From: Thecamonas trahens ATCC 50062
Taxonomy: Eukaryota > Protista > Apusomonadida
Direction: 5' to 3'
DNA: 64,000 bases
Assembly: GCF_000142905.1 (NCBI RefSeq)
Contig: NW_013657636.1
Coordinates: forward strand, 186,001-250,000
Of the stretch, positions 34,674 to 48,074 are shown piece by piece. The notes beneath the pieces are model-generated. The model was not told the DNA's origin, made no database searches, and saw only the letters and a list, made by a program, of their open reading frames with translations. Positions within the stretch are counted from its first letter, which is position 1. The number at the start of each line of letters is the position of its first letter. Position numbers and translations under genes: made by a program.

Positions 34674-37600
34674 ATGGCGACACCCACCGCACCATTGTTA
34701 GACACGGAACGGCTGCCATCATCATCATCATCATTATCATCATCATCATCATTATCATCATTATCATCTCCTTATCCTTCTCGTTCGGCCAACTCGCCTC
34801 ACCAGACAACAGCATGCCTGGCTTGTCGACCACGACCGCGCAGCCAACAAAGGTCGTGGTTCAGCGGCCGATGGAGCAGAGGCCCAACAAGTCATGGCTC
34901 TCGGAGCTCTTCGCCTCGTGGATTTACCCACTTATTGCTTTTGGCGTCAAGACGCCGCTTGAGCTCGATCATCTGCCTCCGCTTCCAGAGCATGAGGCTG
35001 CTGCTCATCACATCAACTCGTTTGCTGCCGTGGTAGGCGACTCGGCCAAGCTCCTCACGCCGCCACCGGCAGAGTGCGACTCGGGCGGCCGAGGCGGTGC
35101 AGGTAGTGCGACTCGGCGCGTCCCGCTGCTGCGGTATTTGATCAAGGCCTTCCGCGGCATCTTTCTGCTGCAGGCCGTTCCGCTCCTGTTTTCGATTGCC
35201 TTTCGGGTGGCAACGCCTGTGGCGCTACAGAAGCTGCTGGCCACGATCACCGAGCCCAACCCGAGTGCGGCGACGGCGTGGCGTGGCGTGGCGCTGGTGG
35301 CGCTTGTCTTTTGTCTCCGGGTCGGCAACACGGTGGCGCGCTCGCAGAACGGGCTGCTTGCCTATCGGGCGGCGCGCGGACTCAAGTCTGTCCTCCGTGC
35401 CCTGGTCTTTGACAAGTCGTTCCGGCTCGCGTCGCGGGCACACCGGGCGTACACTACCGGCGAAATCCTCAACATCACCTCGTCCGACACCAACAAGCTG
35501 CGGTCGATGGCGTGGGGGCTTAACGACCTCTGGTCGGCGCCGCTGCTCATCACCGGCTACATCTGCGTCCTGTACTGGATGTTCGGGCCGGCGGTCTTTG
35601 CCGGCATCGGCCTCCTCGCTGCCGTCGTCCCAGTCAACTACTACATTTTCAAGAAGAACGAGCGGTTCTGGGACGTGCTCTCCAAGCGCGGCGACGAGCG
35701 CGTCCGCATCATTACCGACATGCTCAACGGCATCCGTGTCCTCAAGCTCTTTGCCTGGGAGCCCATCTACGCGCGTAAGGTCAACGAGGTTCGCACGGTC
35801 CAGGTCGACATTCTGCGTTCGGTCAAGATCTACGATGCCTTTGTCGAGGTCATCTGGCTTGTCATGCCTACGGCCATGGCCCTCGTCACCATCGCAGTGT
35901 ACGTCTACTCGGGCAACCCGCTCTCGACCGCCTCCATCTTTGCTGGCATCTCGACCTTCCACTCGATGACTCATCCGATGTTCAACCTCCCGTGGGCGTT
36001 CATGCGCCTGGTCGAGGCCCGCATCTCGCTTCGCCGCCTTGAGTCGTTCCTCTCCATGCCGCACCTCGACGGGCTCGACGAGCCGAGCGCGTCCGGCCTC
36101 GCCTTTGGCGGCGCCAAGTTTGAGGCTGCCACCCTTCGCTGGGGCCACATGGAGAAGCCGCCCGAGGAACGCGAGGCAGCCGATGCCGATGTGAGCACCT
36201 TGTGCTTGTCGTGCCGCCCATGCGGCGCATCGGGCCGATCAGCGGCTGCCGAGTATCATAAGCTCGGCACCGCCGACGGCGAGTCGTCTGCCGCTGACGA
36301 CGAGGCTACAGGCGGCCAAGCTGCCAGCGGCAGCTCCGACTTTGAGCTCTTGCGCATCGACCTTGCCATTCCGCCCGGCGCACTCGTCGCAGTCGTCGGG
36401 CCGGTTGGCGCGGGCAAGTCATCGCTCCTCCACGCCCTGCTAGGCGAGATGGAGCGCGTGGCGGGCTCTGTGGCGGTGGCAGGCTCGATCGGGTATGTGG
36501 CGCAGAACGCGTGGATCCAGAACGCAACGTTGCGGGCGAACATCCTGTTCGGTGCGCCGCCGGACACCGCGCGGTACGCGCAGGTTGTCGCAGCGTGCGC
36601 GCTCCAGCAGGACCTTGAGCTGCTCGGCGGCGACTTGCTGGAGATCGGCGAGAAGGGCATCAATTTGTCGGGCGGCCAGCGACAGCGGGTGGCGCTGGCG
36701 CGTGCAGCATACGCCGACAAGGATGTGTACCTGCTCGACGACCCGCTGTCGGCGGTCGATCCGTTTTGCGCTTCCAAGCTCTTCGACGAGTGCATCACAG
36801 GACTGCTGCGGAACAAGACGAGGGTCCTTGTCACCCATTACCTGCACCTGCTCCCGCGAGTCGATTACGTGGTGTGCATGGATGGCGGACGGGTGGTCCA
36901 GCAGGGAACGTATGACGAGCTCATGGCGCAGCCATCGGGCGCGTTTGCCGAGCTCGTTGCGCGGCACCAGCACGCGGCCGAGGAGGCGGCGTCGGCGGGC
37001 GGGCTCACGCCTGTTGCGGCGCCGATCCCGTCGCCATCGGGCGGGCTCACGCTTGCTATTCCGGCAGCGACGCTTGACCACACCTTGGTCTCATCGCGCT
37101 GGTCGTCGGCCGGGCGGACGCCGTCGCCGGTGGCGCGCGACATGCACCTGCCACCAAGCGACTCGAGCGGTGTCTCACCACTGCTTGCAGCGCATGCCAC
37201 AGTCCACCCGCGGATGGCCTTTCCGTCGCGCGACGATGGCCTCGTCTCTTGCTCGGGCTCAGGCTCGGGATCGGCTCTCGGGTTTGCGGCTGCGACAGCC
37301 TCGCCTGCCGAGCGCAACGCGGCGTTTGGCGCCGAAGCGAGCGGAAGCTCCGGCCGGCAGCTCGTGGAGGACGAGGACCGGGTGACCGGCTCGATCTCAT
37401 GGCGGGTGTACAAGCGGTACCTGTCGGCGGCCGGGTGGCTCATCATTCTTGCTGCGCTCGGCCTCGCCTTTGTCTCGGTCTTTCTCTCGGTCGCCTCCGA
37501 CTGGTGGCTGGGTGTGTGGTCGGACGATCCGGACGGCTCGATCGGGTTCTACCTGCGGGTGTACGGGGCATTGGCAGTGGGCCAGGCTGTGTTGTACCTG

Positions 37601-39166
37601 CTTGCCAACCTTGCGTACATGAAGCAGTGCGTGGCGGCGGCGACGATGTTCCACGACACGGCGCTGAGCGCGGCGCTCGACTCGTCGCTGGCGTTCTTTG
37701 AGAAGACGCCGTCGGGGCGGATCATCAACCGGTTTGGGTTCGACGTGGACCAGGTCGACGGCGAGCTCAACTGGCGAATCCGCGAGATTGCGTTCATGTT
37801 TCCGGTCATGGCGCTTGTCATGGTCCTTGTGCTCGTGGTGACACCAGCTGCGTTTGCAGTCTCGCTCGTCTCGCTCGTCCCGCTCTACTACATCCAGCGG
37901 ATCCACCGGTCGTCACTTCGCGAGCTCTCGCGGCTGCAGTCGCAGTCGTACTCGCCGATCAACGCGCACATTTCCGAGACGCTTCGCGGGCTGACGACGA
38001 TCCGGGCGTTTGGCCGTGGGCAAGCGTTCCGGGCCGCCAACCGGGCGCACATCGACGTCAACATGCAGACCTCGTACTACTCCAAGTACGCCGATGTGTG
38101 GTGCGACATCCGGCTGGAGATGACCGGCTCAATCGTCCTGGTCGTCACCTCGGTCCTCGGCCTGTTTTTCTTCAACTCGCACCCAACACTCACGGCGCTG
38201 GCCATTATCAACGCCGACCGGCTCATCGGGACGCTCGGGTGGGGGATCACATGCTTCTCGTGGCTTGAGTCGGCCATGGCCTCGGCCGAGCGGCTGACCT
38301 CGTTTGCTGACCTCGAACCTGAGCGTGAGACGGCACATCGGGCGCCGGTGGCCGAGCCGGCCTGGGCGCGGTCGGGCGCCATCGAGTACACCGAGGTGAC
38401 GATGCGGTACCGGCCGGGCCTCCCGCTCGCGCTCTCGCGGGTCTCGTTCTCGATCAAGAGTGGCGAGAAAGTGGCAGTGGTGGGACGGTCGGGCTCGGGC
38501 AAGACCACGCTCATCGGGGTGCTGTTCCGGCTCCTCAATCTCGAGGCCGGCTCGATCGCCATCGGCGGCGAAGACATAGCGTCGATCCCACTGAGCGAGC
38601 TCCGGTCGGCGCTCTCGATCATTCCGCAGGAGTCGATCGTGTTCTCGGGCACGCTCCGCGAGAACCTTGATCCGCGGGAACGGTACACCGATGCCGAGCT
38701 ATGGGATGCGCTGCACGCCGTCGGGCTCGCAGCCATGGTCGAGGGCATGTCCAATGGCCTGAGCACGGTCCTCCGCGAGAATGCGTCGGGCTTCTCAGTC
38801 GGGCAGCTGCAGTTGGTCTGCCTCGCGCGAGCGCTGCTCAAGCAGGCGCGGGTGCTGGTGATGGACGAGGCGACCGCGTCGTGCGACGCCGACACCGACG
38901 CCCAGATTCAGGCGACGATCCGGTCGTCACTCGCCGATGCCACGGTCCTCTGTATCGCGCACAGGCTCAACACCGTTGTCGACTACGACAAGGTCATCGT
39001 CATGGCCGCTGGCGAGCTCGCCGAGTTTGACTCGCCAGCCGCCCTCCTCGCCACTCCCGGCTCAATTTTCGCCTCGATGGTCGACGAGACCGGGCCCGAG
39101 ACCGCCGCCCACCTTCGGCGGCTGGCCAACGATGCCGCTGCCCGGCGCCGTGCTGTCCTGCTGTAG
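34674..39166 (+). CDS. ABCC/MRP-type ABC transporter; the N-terminal ~40 codons are in a different frame (alternative start 34814)
   Basis: Two TMD-NBD halves: GPVGAGKS, LSGGQRQR, LLDDPLSAVD, GRSGSGKT, FSVGQLQL, MDEATAS. Confidence 0.95.
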
Positions 39167-39463
39167 CTCATTGGTCATTTGTAGCTTTTTCCAAGGTGGT
39201 CTCTCAAGTTTTGTCTTCAAGTAACACCACACAACACAAGCACAGGCTGGCGATCCACCCACCCACCCGCCCACTCACCCCAAGCATATCGTTGTTTGGG
39301 GTGGTGCCGTCGATCGGCGTGCGCCTCAAAATGTTGTGCCTGCAACCTGCGCGCCGAGCTCCCGCATCGAGTCCGCTGTCCAATGTGTGGCGTTCGAACG
39401 CCGCGTCGAGTCGGGCCAGCCGGGCCAGGTCGTCACCATCTCTCTTTCAGTGGACGGACACCA

Positions 39464-42400
39464 ATGCTTCGCGCCACACTGACAGTGGCGTCGGCTTACC
39501 TCCGGCCTTCGCTAGTTCGGAGTCTTAACGTGTTTGCGCATGCGCCGCCTGCCTCTGCCGCCACGGTCTTTGCCCGTAGCTTCAGCATGGCTACCCCCGC
39601 TTGTGACGCGGCGTACAAGTCCAAGGCCAACTCGCCGGCCAACGCTGTGCTCTCGGGCACGGCCGCAAACTGGGTTGACGCCCAGTACGCCGCCTGGCAG
39701 CTCGACCCAGAGTCGGTCGGGTCCGAGTGGGCAGAGTACTTTGCCCGCATTGACTCTGGCGTCCACGCATGTATGTATCCCTCCCCTATCTCCATACCCA
39801 TCCCCCCTTTGAGACCCCCCTACTCTCCGCTTCTCACCGCAGACCGTCATTCGCCATTTTGATCAACCACGCGATCAAAGCGCGAGCCACCAAGTCTATG
39901 GCCTTTTCCTGAAGCAGCCACCGCCCCCCCCCCCCCCCGCCCCTCCCCCCCTCCCCCCTCCCCCTCCCCCTCCCCCTCCCCCCTCCCCCCTCCCCCTCCC
40001 CTCCCCCCTCCCTCCTCCTCTACTATACTCACCCATGTTTGTGGCTTCTGCAGCCGACGCGTTCTCGCCCAAGCCCGTGGCTGGACCGGCGACGTCGGCG
40101 GGAGTGTCTGCCGGCGAGCTCGACCTGACGGTCAAGGTCATGCTGCTGATGCGTGCGTTCGAGGTGCGCGGGCACTCGCTGGCCAAGACGGATCCCCTGG
40201 GTCTGGACGCCAACGAGACGCCGCCGGAGCTCTCTGTCGAGTACTACAACCTTTCGCCAGAGACGCGGTTCTCGCCGAACATGCTCGGGCAGTACGGAGC
40301 ATTTCTGGGCGGGGATGAGATGTCGATTGCCGAGCTTGTGGCCAAGCTCCGGTCGATCTACTGCACAACGCTCGGGTTCGAGTACATGCACATCCAGTCG
40401 CGCGACGAGTGCGACTTTATCCGCAACGTGATCCAGAACCGCAGCGAGTCTGACGTGTTCAAGTTTAGCAAGGAGGACAAGGTGCGGCTGTTTGACCGGC
40501 TGACGTGGTCGGAAGGCTTTGAGACCTTCCTTGGGCGCAAGTTTGGCGTGGAGAAGCGGTTCGGGCTCGACGGGTGCGAGGCACTCATTCCGGGCATGAA
40601 GGAGCTCATCGACGTTGCTGCGGCGCAGGGTGTGAAGGACATTGTGATGGGCATGCCGCACCGCGGGCGGCTTAACGTGCTCGCCAACGTGGTGCGCAAG
40701 CCGATGGAAAAGATTTTCCGCGAGTTTGCGGGCGTGCCTGCATCGTCAACGCTCAACATGGGCTCTGGCGACGTCAAGTACCACCTCGGGGCGTCGTACA
40801 CGCGGACGACCAAGAACGGCGAGGAGGTGCACATTTCGCTGCTGCCGAACCCGTCGCACCTGGAGACGGTCAACACGGTGGTTCTGGGCAAGGTGCGGTC
40901 GAAGCAGCACGAGCGGCTGCAGAAGGACCGGTCGCGGGTCATGCCTGTCCTGCTCCACGGTGACGCGGCGTTTGCCGGGCAGGGCTTGGTGTACGAGACG
41001 CTGCACCTCTCGGAGCTTCCCAACTACACTGTGGGTGGATGCGTGCACATCATTGTCAACAACCAGGTCGGGTTTACCACGGATCCGTCCGACGGGCGGT
41101 CGTCGCCGTACTGCACCGACGTGGCCAAGACGCTGGCCATTCCGGTGGTGCACGTCAACGGCGACGATCCAGAGGCTGTGGCGTCGTCGATGCGGTTTGC
41201 GGCGCTGTGGCGGGCCAAGTACCAGCGCGACATTGTCATCGATGTAGTGTGCTACCGGCGGTACGGGCACAACGAGGTGGACGAGCCGCGGTTCACGCAG
41301 CCGCTGATGTATGCGGCGATTGCGCGGCACCCCACGGTGCTGACCTCGTACCGCAAGGCGCTGCAGGAGCAGGGCGTGCTCTCGGAGTCTGAGGCGCAGG
41401 CGATCATCGACAAGACGACGTCTGTGCTCGAGGAGCGGTACTCGGGCCTTGCCGGGGACGCGGCAGAAAAGGTGACACGGTCGTCGCTGCTCTCGCAGTC
41501 CAAGTCGTGGGGCCACCTCAAGTCTGCGGACGTGCTCTCGATTGCCAAGAACACCAACGTCTCGCGCGAGGTCATTGATGAGGTGGCGCGTGCCATTACG
41601 ACTGCGCCGCCGGAGGGCTTCAACCTCCACCGGACGCTCAAGCGGATCATCGACGCCAAGAAGGCGATGTTCGAGGACGAGGGCGCGATCGACTGGGCGA
41701 CGGCCGAGGCGCTCGCCTTTGGCTCGCTCCTCCTCGAGGGCACGCACGTCCGGCTCTCTGGGCAGGATGTGGAGCGTGGGACGTTCTCGCACCGGCACGC
41801 GGTGTGGCACGACCAGAAGACCAACGAGCTCTTTGTGCCACTCAACTACATCCGGCCAGACCAGTCTGCCGAGGACGACGTGGAGGAGCGGATCTCGATC
41901 GGCAACTCGCCGCTCGACGAGTATGCGGTGATGGGCTTTGAGCTCGGGTACGCCATGGACTCACCGGACTCGCTTGTCCTGTGGGAGGCGCAGTTTGGCG
42001 ACTTTGCCAACGGGGCGCAGGTCATGATCGACCAGTACCTCTCGTCGTGCGAGCAGAAGTGGCTCTACCAGCTCGGCCTTGTCCTTCTCCTCCCGCACGG
42101 GTACGACGGCATGGGCCCTGAGCACTCGTCGGCGCGACTGGAGCGGTTCCTGCAGATGTCGGACCAGGACCCGGACGTGCTGCCCAACGACGAGACGCTT
42201 GTGCAGGACCACAACTGGCAGGTGTGCAACATCACGACGCCGGCCAACTACTTCCATGCACTCCGGCGGCAGATTCACCGCGAGTTCCGCAAGCCGCTCA
42301 TTGTCATGTCGCCCAAGTCGCTGCTCCGGCTCGCCGAGGCCGCGTCGCCGATCTCGGACTTTACCGATGTCGACTCGTTCCAGATGGTCCTCCCCGACGC

Positions 42401-42836
42401 CCGCGCCGCCGACGCCGCGCCGGCGCCCGAGAACATTGAGCGCGTGGTCTTCTGCTCCGGCCAGGTCTACTACGACCTCGCCAAGGAGCGGGCCGACCGC
42501 GGCCACGACACGACTGCCATTGTCCGCATTGAGCAGCTCGCGCCGTTCCCGACCAACCACGTCGTCGAGCAGCTGAAGCTGTACCCCAACGCCAAGCCGG
42601 TGTGGGCCCAGGAGGAGCCGAAGAACATGGGCGCCTTCTTCCATGCCAAGCAGCACATCGCGACGGCTCTCCGTGCCGCCAACCGCGCCGATGAGAGCAT
42701 CATCTATGCTGGCCGCCCCGCTGCGGCCTCGCCGGCCACCGGCTGGAAGCACGTCCACAAGGCCGAGCTCCGCCAGCTCGTTGACGACACCTTTGAGCTT
42801 GACGGGGTGCGGACGGCTGCGCCGGCTACCGAGTAG
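39464..42836 (+). CDS. OGDH: Mitochondrial 2-oxoglutarate dehydrogenase E1; intron 39771-40053
   Basis: Presequence MLRATLTVASAYLRPSL; KRFGLDGCE, GMPHRGRLN, HGDAAFAGQG, LWEAQFGDFAN. GTATGT and GCAG splice sites are in phase. Confidence 0.97.
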
Positions 42837-42917
42837 TGTCTGAATGAAGCCAGAGCTGTTTGCCGACGCCGATTGGCCGGCTCGAGCGAGCGCAGAGGGG
42901 GGGGGGGGGGGGAAGGT

Positions 42918-44622
42918 TTAATTGCCCTGACCGGGCCCACGCTTCTTCTGGCGCTCGAGGTCGCGGAACTCGAGCGGGACGGTGAGCGAGATCGAGTAGG
43001 CAGGACCTGAGATAGCAGCGACTTCCGAGTCTGCGGAGCGCTTACGCTTGGTGCCTGAGCCGGCCTTACCCTTGCGGATGATGGTGCAGCCGAGGGTCTT
43101 GGCGTGCTGCAGGAGGCGCTGGATGGAGATACCGAGGTCGAGGCGGAGCTTGTGGACGATGACGGGCGAGAGGAGGAAGCCGTGGTAGTGGAGGAGGAGG
43201 ACAATAACATAGGCCATGGCCTTGTGCTGATCGCGCTGCGAGCGGCGGGAGTGTGTGACGGGCTTGGCGGCCGAGTCGCCGCGGCCTGGGCGGACGGTGT
43301 GGGTGAGAAACTCCTTGAGGATGCGCTCAACGAGAACAGATGGGACGTCGAGGGCAACCTTTTCGTTGACTAGCTCGATGACGCGCTTTCTCTGGTTGAC
43401 GGCCGAAGCGCGGGCGCGCGAGAGCTCGATGAGCACGGTGGCCATGGTCAGGGTGGCGGCCATGCGGCGCTTGTCCGACGGCGACTTGGCGGCGGAGAGG
43501 CTGGTGAGCGATTCGGCGATGACCGACGGCAGCTGCTCAACCCAGTCGGATGGCAGCGCGCCCTGGCTCAGCGACTTGGCCTCGTCGACGAGCGGGCGGG
43601 CGTCAACGGCCTGCATGTCAACCATGGGCAGTATCCGCTCCAGCGGGTACGCGTCCTCGGGCTCGGTGGCAGCCATGTTGAACGGCGGGATGGGCTTCTG
43701 GGTGAGGAACTGCTCGTCGAGCTCTGACTTGGACGCCGTCTCGAGCGCCTTGGCCTCGAGCGCCGACTCGAGGACCTTGCCGACCAGCGGTGATTCGAGC
43801 TTGTCCTCGGAAATGACCTGCTGGCGGGCCTTGATCAGGCCGCTCTTGTTCCGCTGGTCGGCAAAGGTGGCGACGAGCCGGTCGCGCCCGGCGAGCGTGT
43901 CCATGTACTCGATCGGGGCCGAGTGATCCTGGGCCTTGAACTTGGCCACCATTGCGTCGTCGATCTCCTTGGCCGCATCCAGCATCTGCATCACCTCGTA
44001 CGCATGCGATGCCTTGTACAGGGTCATCGACTCGTCGCTCCCCACCACACCGACGTAGTACTCGGAGCCCATTGCGCTGGTGCCTTGCGTTGTACCAGCG
44101 TACGTGTATCCGTCCATCTTGCACTCGAGGGATCCTACGGGAGGAAGAGGGGGTGAGTGGGAGGGGATGATAGCGGCGATGGGTGAATGGGATGGTGTGT
44201 GTGTGGTGGGGGTGGGGGGGGGGGAGGTGGTGGTGGTCGTCTCCTCCTGCGTGTCCCTCTCCCTCTCCCTCCCATCAATCCATCCTCAGTGGAGAGAGGG
44301 GACAGGGGGAGAGGGGGAGAGGGGGAGAGGGGGAGAGGGGGAGAGGGGGACAGGGTGTGTGGGGCGAGAGTGGGGAAAGGGTAGGGGGTAGGGGGTAGGG
44401 GGTAGGGGGTAGGGGGTAGGTGGTGGGAGAGGGCATACCGTTGCGGCCACGGGTGGTGTGGGAGAAGGAGACCGTCTCGCCGGCGGCGGCTGCGGCATCC
44501 AGGGCGGCGGGAGGGCCATTGCGGAAGGCGGCAACAATGGGTGCATGCGCTCCCACAGCAGTCATCATAGCAACAGGTGGGATGGTGCAGTACGTGACAC
44601 TCAGTCGGCTTGGTTCGCCCAT
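42918..44622 (-). CDS. POLR1E: RNA polymerase I subunit RPA49/PAF53; intron 44438-44135
   Basis: YYVGV, IPPFNMAATEPEDAYPLERIL, KTLGCTI...SLTVPL. The GTATGC/TAG intron is in phase. Confidence 0.85.
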
Positions 44623-45116
44623 CTTGTACGCCACCGAGTGAGGTGTCTTGCCCTTACTACCGCCCAGCTCTCTCCCTCTCTCTCTCCCCCATTCCCTCTC
44701 TCGGCTCGCGGCCGTCAGTTTCGCCCCTCGGCTTGTCCACACCTGTTGGGCATGCGACGAGATCGGCTGGCAGCTGTTCTCTCTCTCTCTCTCACACACA
44801 CATACATCCACAGAGAGGCATGGGGATAGCTACCGTGGGTGGGATAGCAGCTGGTTTAGCCAGTGCGCGCCGCGGGGAGGGGGCGCATGATTGCGTAGAG
44901 GGGGGGGGAGGGGGGAGGGGGGGGGGGGAGGGGTACATGCGAGAACCGACCGACACACAGACCGATTGGTGTTCGCGTCGCTGGGACAGCGTACGGTGGC
45001 CGGGGTAGTAAACGCGTGGCTCGGTGGCAGTAAAGCTTGCCACGCGAGAGGGAGCGAGAGCAAGAGCAGTCGTCGCCCCGCGGTGAGACCAGGGCGAGAG
45101 TGTGCGAGCATGCGCA

Positions 45117-46131
45117 TCACTCCTCGTTGGACGAGACAGCGATGACCATTTGCTCGGTGAGGTCGATGGTCGCGCCCGAGTTGATGGCATGCTCAAACTC
45201 TTCGTACGAGATCTTGCCGTCGCCATCCAGATCTGACTCCATGATGGTCTTGTCGACGATCTGCTGCAGCTGGATGTCGTTAAGGTTTGTGCCAACCATC
45301 ATCTTGAGGACCTGGAACAGCTCACCATTCGAGATGAACCCGTCGCCGTCCATGTCGTAGACCTTAAAGGCAAACTGGAGCTTGCGCGACTCATCGCCGC
45401 GCATAGCAAAGAGCGAGAGGCCCGTGATGAACTCTTCAAACGAGACCATCTGGTCGTTGTCCGTGTCAAAGATGTCCACCACTCTCGAGACCAGCGGATT
45501 CATCTGTAGCTCCGGAATGAGCAGGAACTCCTCCTTGGACAGCTGGCCGTCCTCGTTGGCGTCCAGCCGCTTGAAGCCCTTGGCCAGCAGCCGCAGCTCA
45601 TCCTCCGTGACTACGCCCATTCCCCCACACCACACCACACCATAGCCACCGCCACATGCCATGAGTCACAACACCCATTCTTAGAGTGGTGGTAGGGGAA
45701 GGGAAGGTATTCTCCTCCCCTCCCCCTCGGCCCCTCCCCCCTGTCCCGCCCCCCCCAAGCCGCCACCCGCCGTGCCACCGACCGCGTCCCGCTCTCCCTT
45801 CCCCACACCCCAGGCATCCCCCCCTCCTTTTCTCCTCTCTTCCCCCCCTACTACCCCCCATTGCACCCGCTGCTTCTCCCCCCTCCCCCCCCCCCCCCTC
45901 CCCCCCCCTTCTCCCTGTCCCCCCCCGCCAAGGGACTGCCTTCCCCGCACGCGGTCGCAGCGAACAGTGAAAAAACAACGTTCGTCACCGACGACAGCCA
46001 CGGCCAACCCGACCCACACGGCCCCTACCCCCCCCCCCCCCCCTACGACGTAAAGGTCTGTTCGTACAGCTGGTTGTCAGTTGCAACTCCTCCACTTGAT
46101 GAGAGGTCAGCGTCGAGCTCTCCTGGCCCAT
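45117..46131 (-). CDS. CNB1: Calcineurin B regulatory subunit; exons 46131-46068 and 45610-45117
   Basis: Starts MGQESS (myristoylation); four EF hands; [42 protein letters not shown]. Confidence 0.96.
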
Positions 46132-46563
46132 ACTGGAGTTATGCGGTAGCCGGTGGCAGAGCGGTGTCTGTCTCTGGTGCCGGCTTTGGGCCCTCGCCTG
46201 GGCTCTGGCCCTGGCTCGGACCGTGGCCCTGGCGCTGGCTCGGCCGGCCTGTTGAACGGAGATGGATGAGGATGATGAGGCAAAGAAGAGAACGATGTCA
46301 TATATTGACCACGCTATCCTCACACACCTGTATTCTGCCGTTCTTCCATCATCATCTGCCTCTAACCGAGTCCCCGCGGTCCAACCTGTGACCGAGCCTG
46401 ACCAATGAGCGGTTGTTGTCCCTCGTTCGTTCGCTCGTTCGTTCGCTCGTTCGTTCGTTCGAGGCCTTTGTTGTCGGTTCGTCCCCCAACATTGGCCTGC
46501 CACCGAGCCCATTCGGGTGGCAACTGGCGGGACAGTCACACCACCGCTCCCCATACACCAACA

Positions 46564-47938
46564 ATGGCGTCTCAGGAATACGACCTTCTTCGTACGTGCC
46601 CAGAGCAAGAACGCACCTTCCTCCCCCTCCTCCGCTCCATTCGCCCCTCCCCTTCCCTCCGCCCTCCCCCCCCCCCTCCCCCTTCCCTTCTCTTCCTCCC
46701 GTACTCTGTTAGCCAGTATGGAAGGCTTGTTCGGGGCGGTGGCGGGGTGGTGGTGACTGGCTGGCGTCGCCCCTCCCCCCCCGTCCCCACCAAGCGACGT
46801 TCAAAAAAAGCCATGGAAGGGCGCGCCCAAGCACATGCTTCCTACCCCCATACAGACTCACCCACAAACCGTACTCCCCCCACACCCCATGGCACAACGG
46901 GTATCAAACCCACAGTGAAGGTATGTGCCTCTTCCTCCCTCCCCTCTTCCTCTTTCTCCCCGGCTTCCCCTCTTGTCCACCCCCACGTGTCGCATGTGAG
47001 GAGGTCGTTCTCGATCATCCCCCCCTCCCCTCCCTCCCTCCCTCCCTCCCCCCCCCCCCCTCCCCCCTTTCCAGTCCCTACCCCCTTTCCCCACCAGACC
47101 ATCTCCCATCATCCTCACCTCAATTGTATCTCTACCACACTCACTCTCTTCATTCCTCCCTCTCTCTTCCTTGCAGCTCCTCCTCATCGGTGACTCTGGT
47201 GTTGGCAAGTCGTGCCTCCTTGTCCGCTTTGCTGTACGTAACGACCACGAGCCGTTCTCTCCCTCCCTCCTCTTCCCCCTCCCCCCTTTCTCTCCCGTCC
47301 CCACCCTCCTTCCTCTCTCCCTCCTCTCCACTGTGATTGTGTGTGTGTGATTGTGTGTGTGTGTGTGTGTGTGTGACTCACTTGCGCTGTGTACATTGTG
47401 CGGGGGATAGGACGACACCTTCACCGACTCGTACATCTCGACCATCGGGGTCGACTTTAAGATCCGGACGGTGAACCTGGACGGCAAGGTCATCAAGCTG
47501 CAGATCTGGGACACTGCTGGACAGGAGCGGTTCCGGACGATCACATCGTCGTACTACCGCGGCGCGCACGGCATCATTGTGGTGTACGACGTGACGGAGC
47601 AGGAGTCGTTCAACAACGTCAAGCAGTGGCTGCAGGAGATCGACCGCTACGCCTCCGACTCGGTCAACAAGCTCCTCGTCGGCAACAAGAACGACCTGGT
47701 GGACAAGAAGGTTGTCGACACGGCCCAGGCCGAGGACTTTGCCAAGCAGCTCGACATCCCCTTCCTCGAGACCTCGGCCCGCAACCGGACCAACGTCGAG
47801 GAGGCCTTTATGACCATGGCCGCCGAGATCAAGAACCGCATGGCATCGTCGGCGCCCATCGGCGAGACTGGTGCGCCCAAGCTCAAGATCAACCCCAAGC
47901 CCGCGTCGGGCAAGCAGGGCAAGGGCGGGTGCTGCTGA
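46564..47938 (+). CDS. RAB1: Rab1/Ypt1 GTPase; exons 46564-46591, 46916-46920, 47177-47233, 47411-47938
   Basis: [26 protein letters not shown]...[12 protein letters not shown]...[22 protein letters not shown]...GGCC. Confidence 0.97.
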
Positions 47939-48074
47939 TGCCTCGTCTCTGATTCTCTGCGATCTCCCCGCCTCCTCTCCATTCTCCTCCTCCCTCTCCA
48001 ACAACCCCAACCCCCAACCCCTCGTTCCGGACATAAACCACCCGGTTGCACTCGGTCGCAGCCACGAGCGCCTT

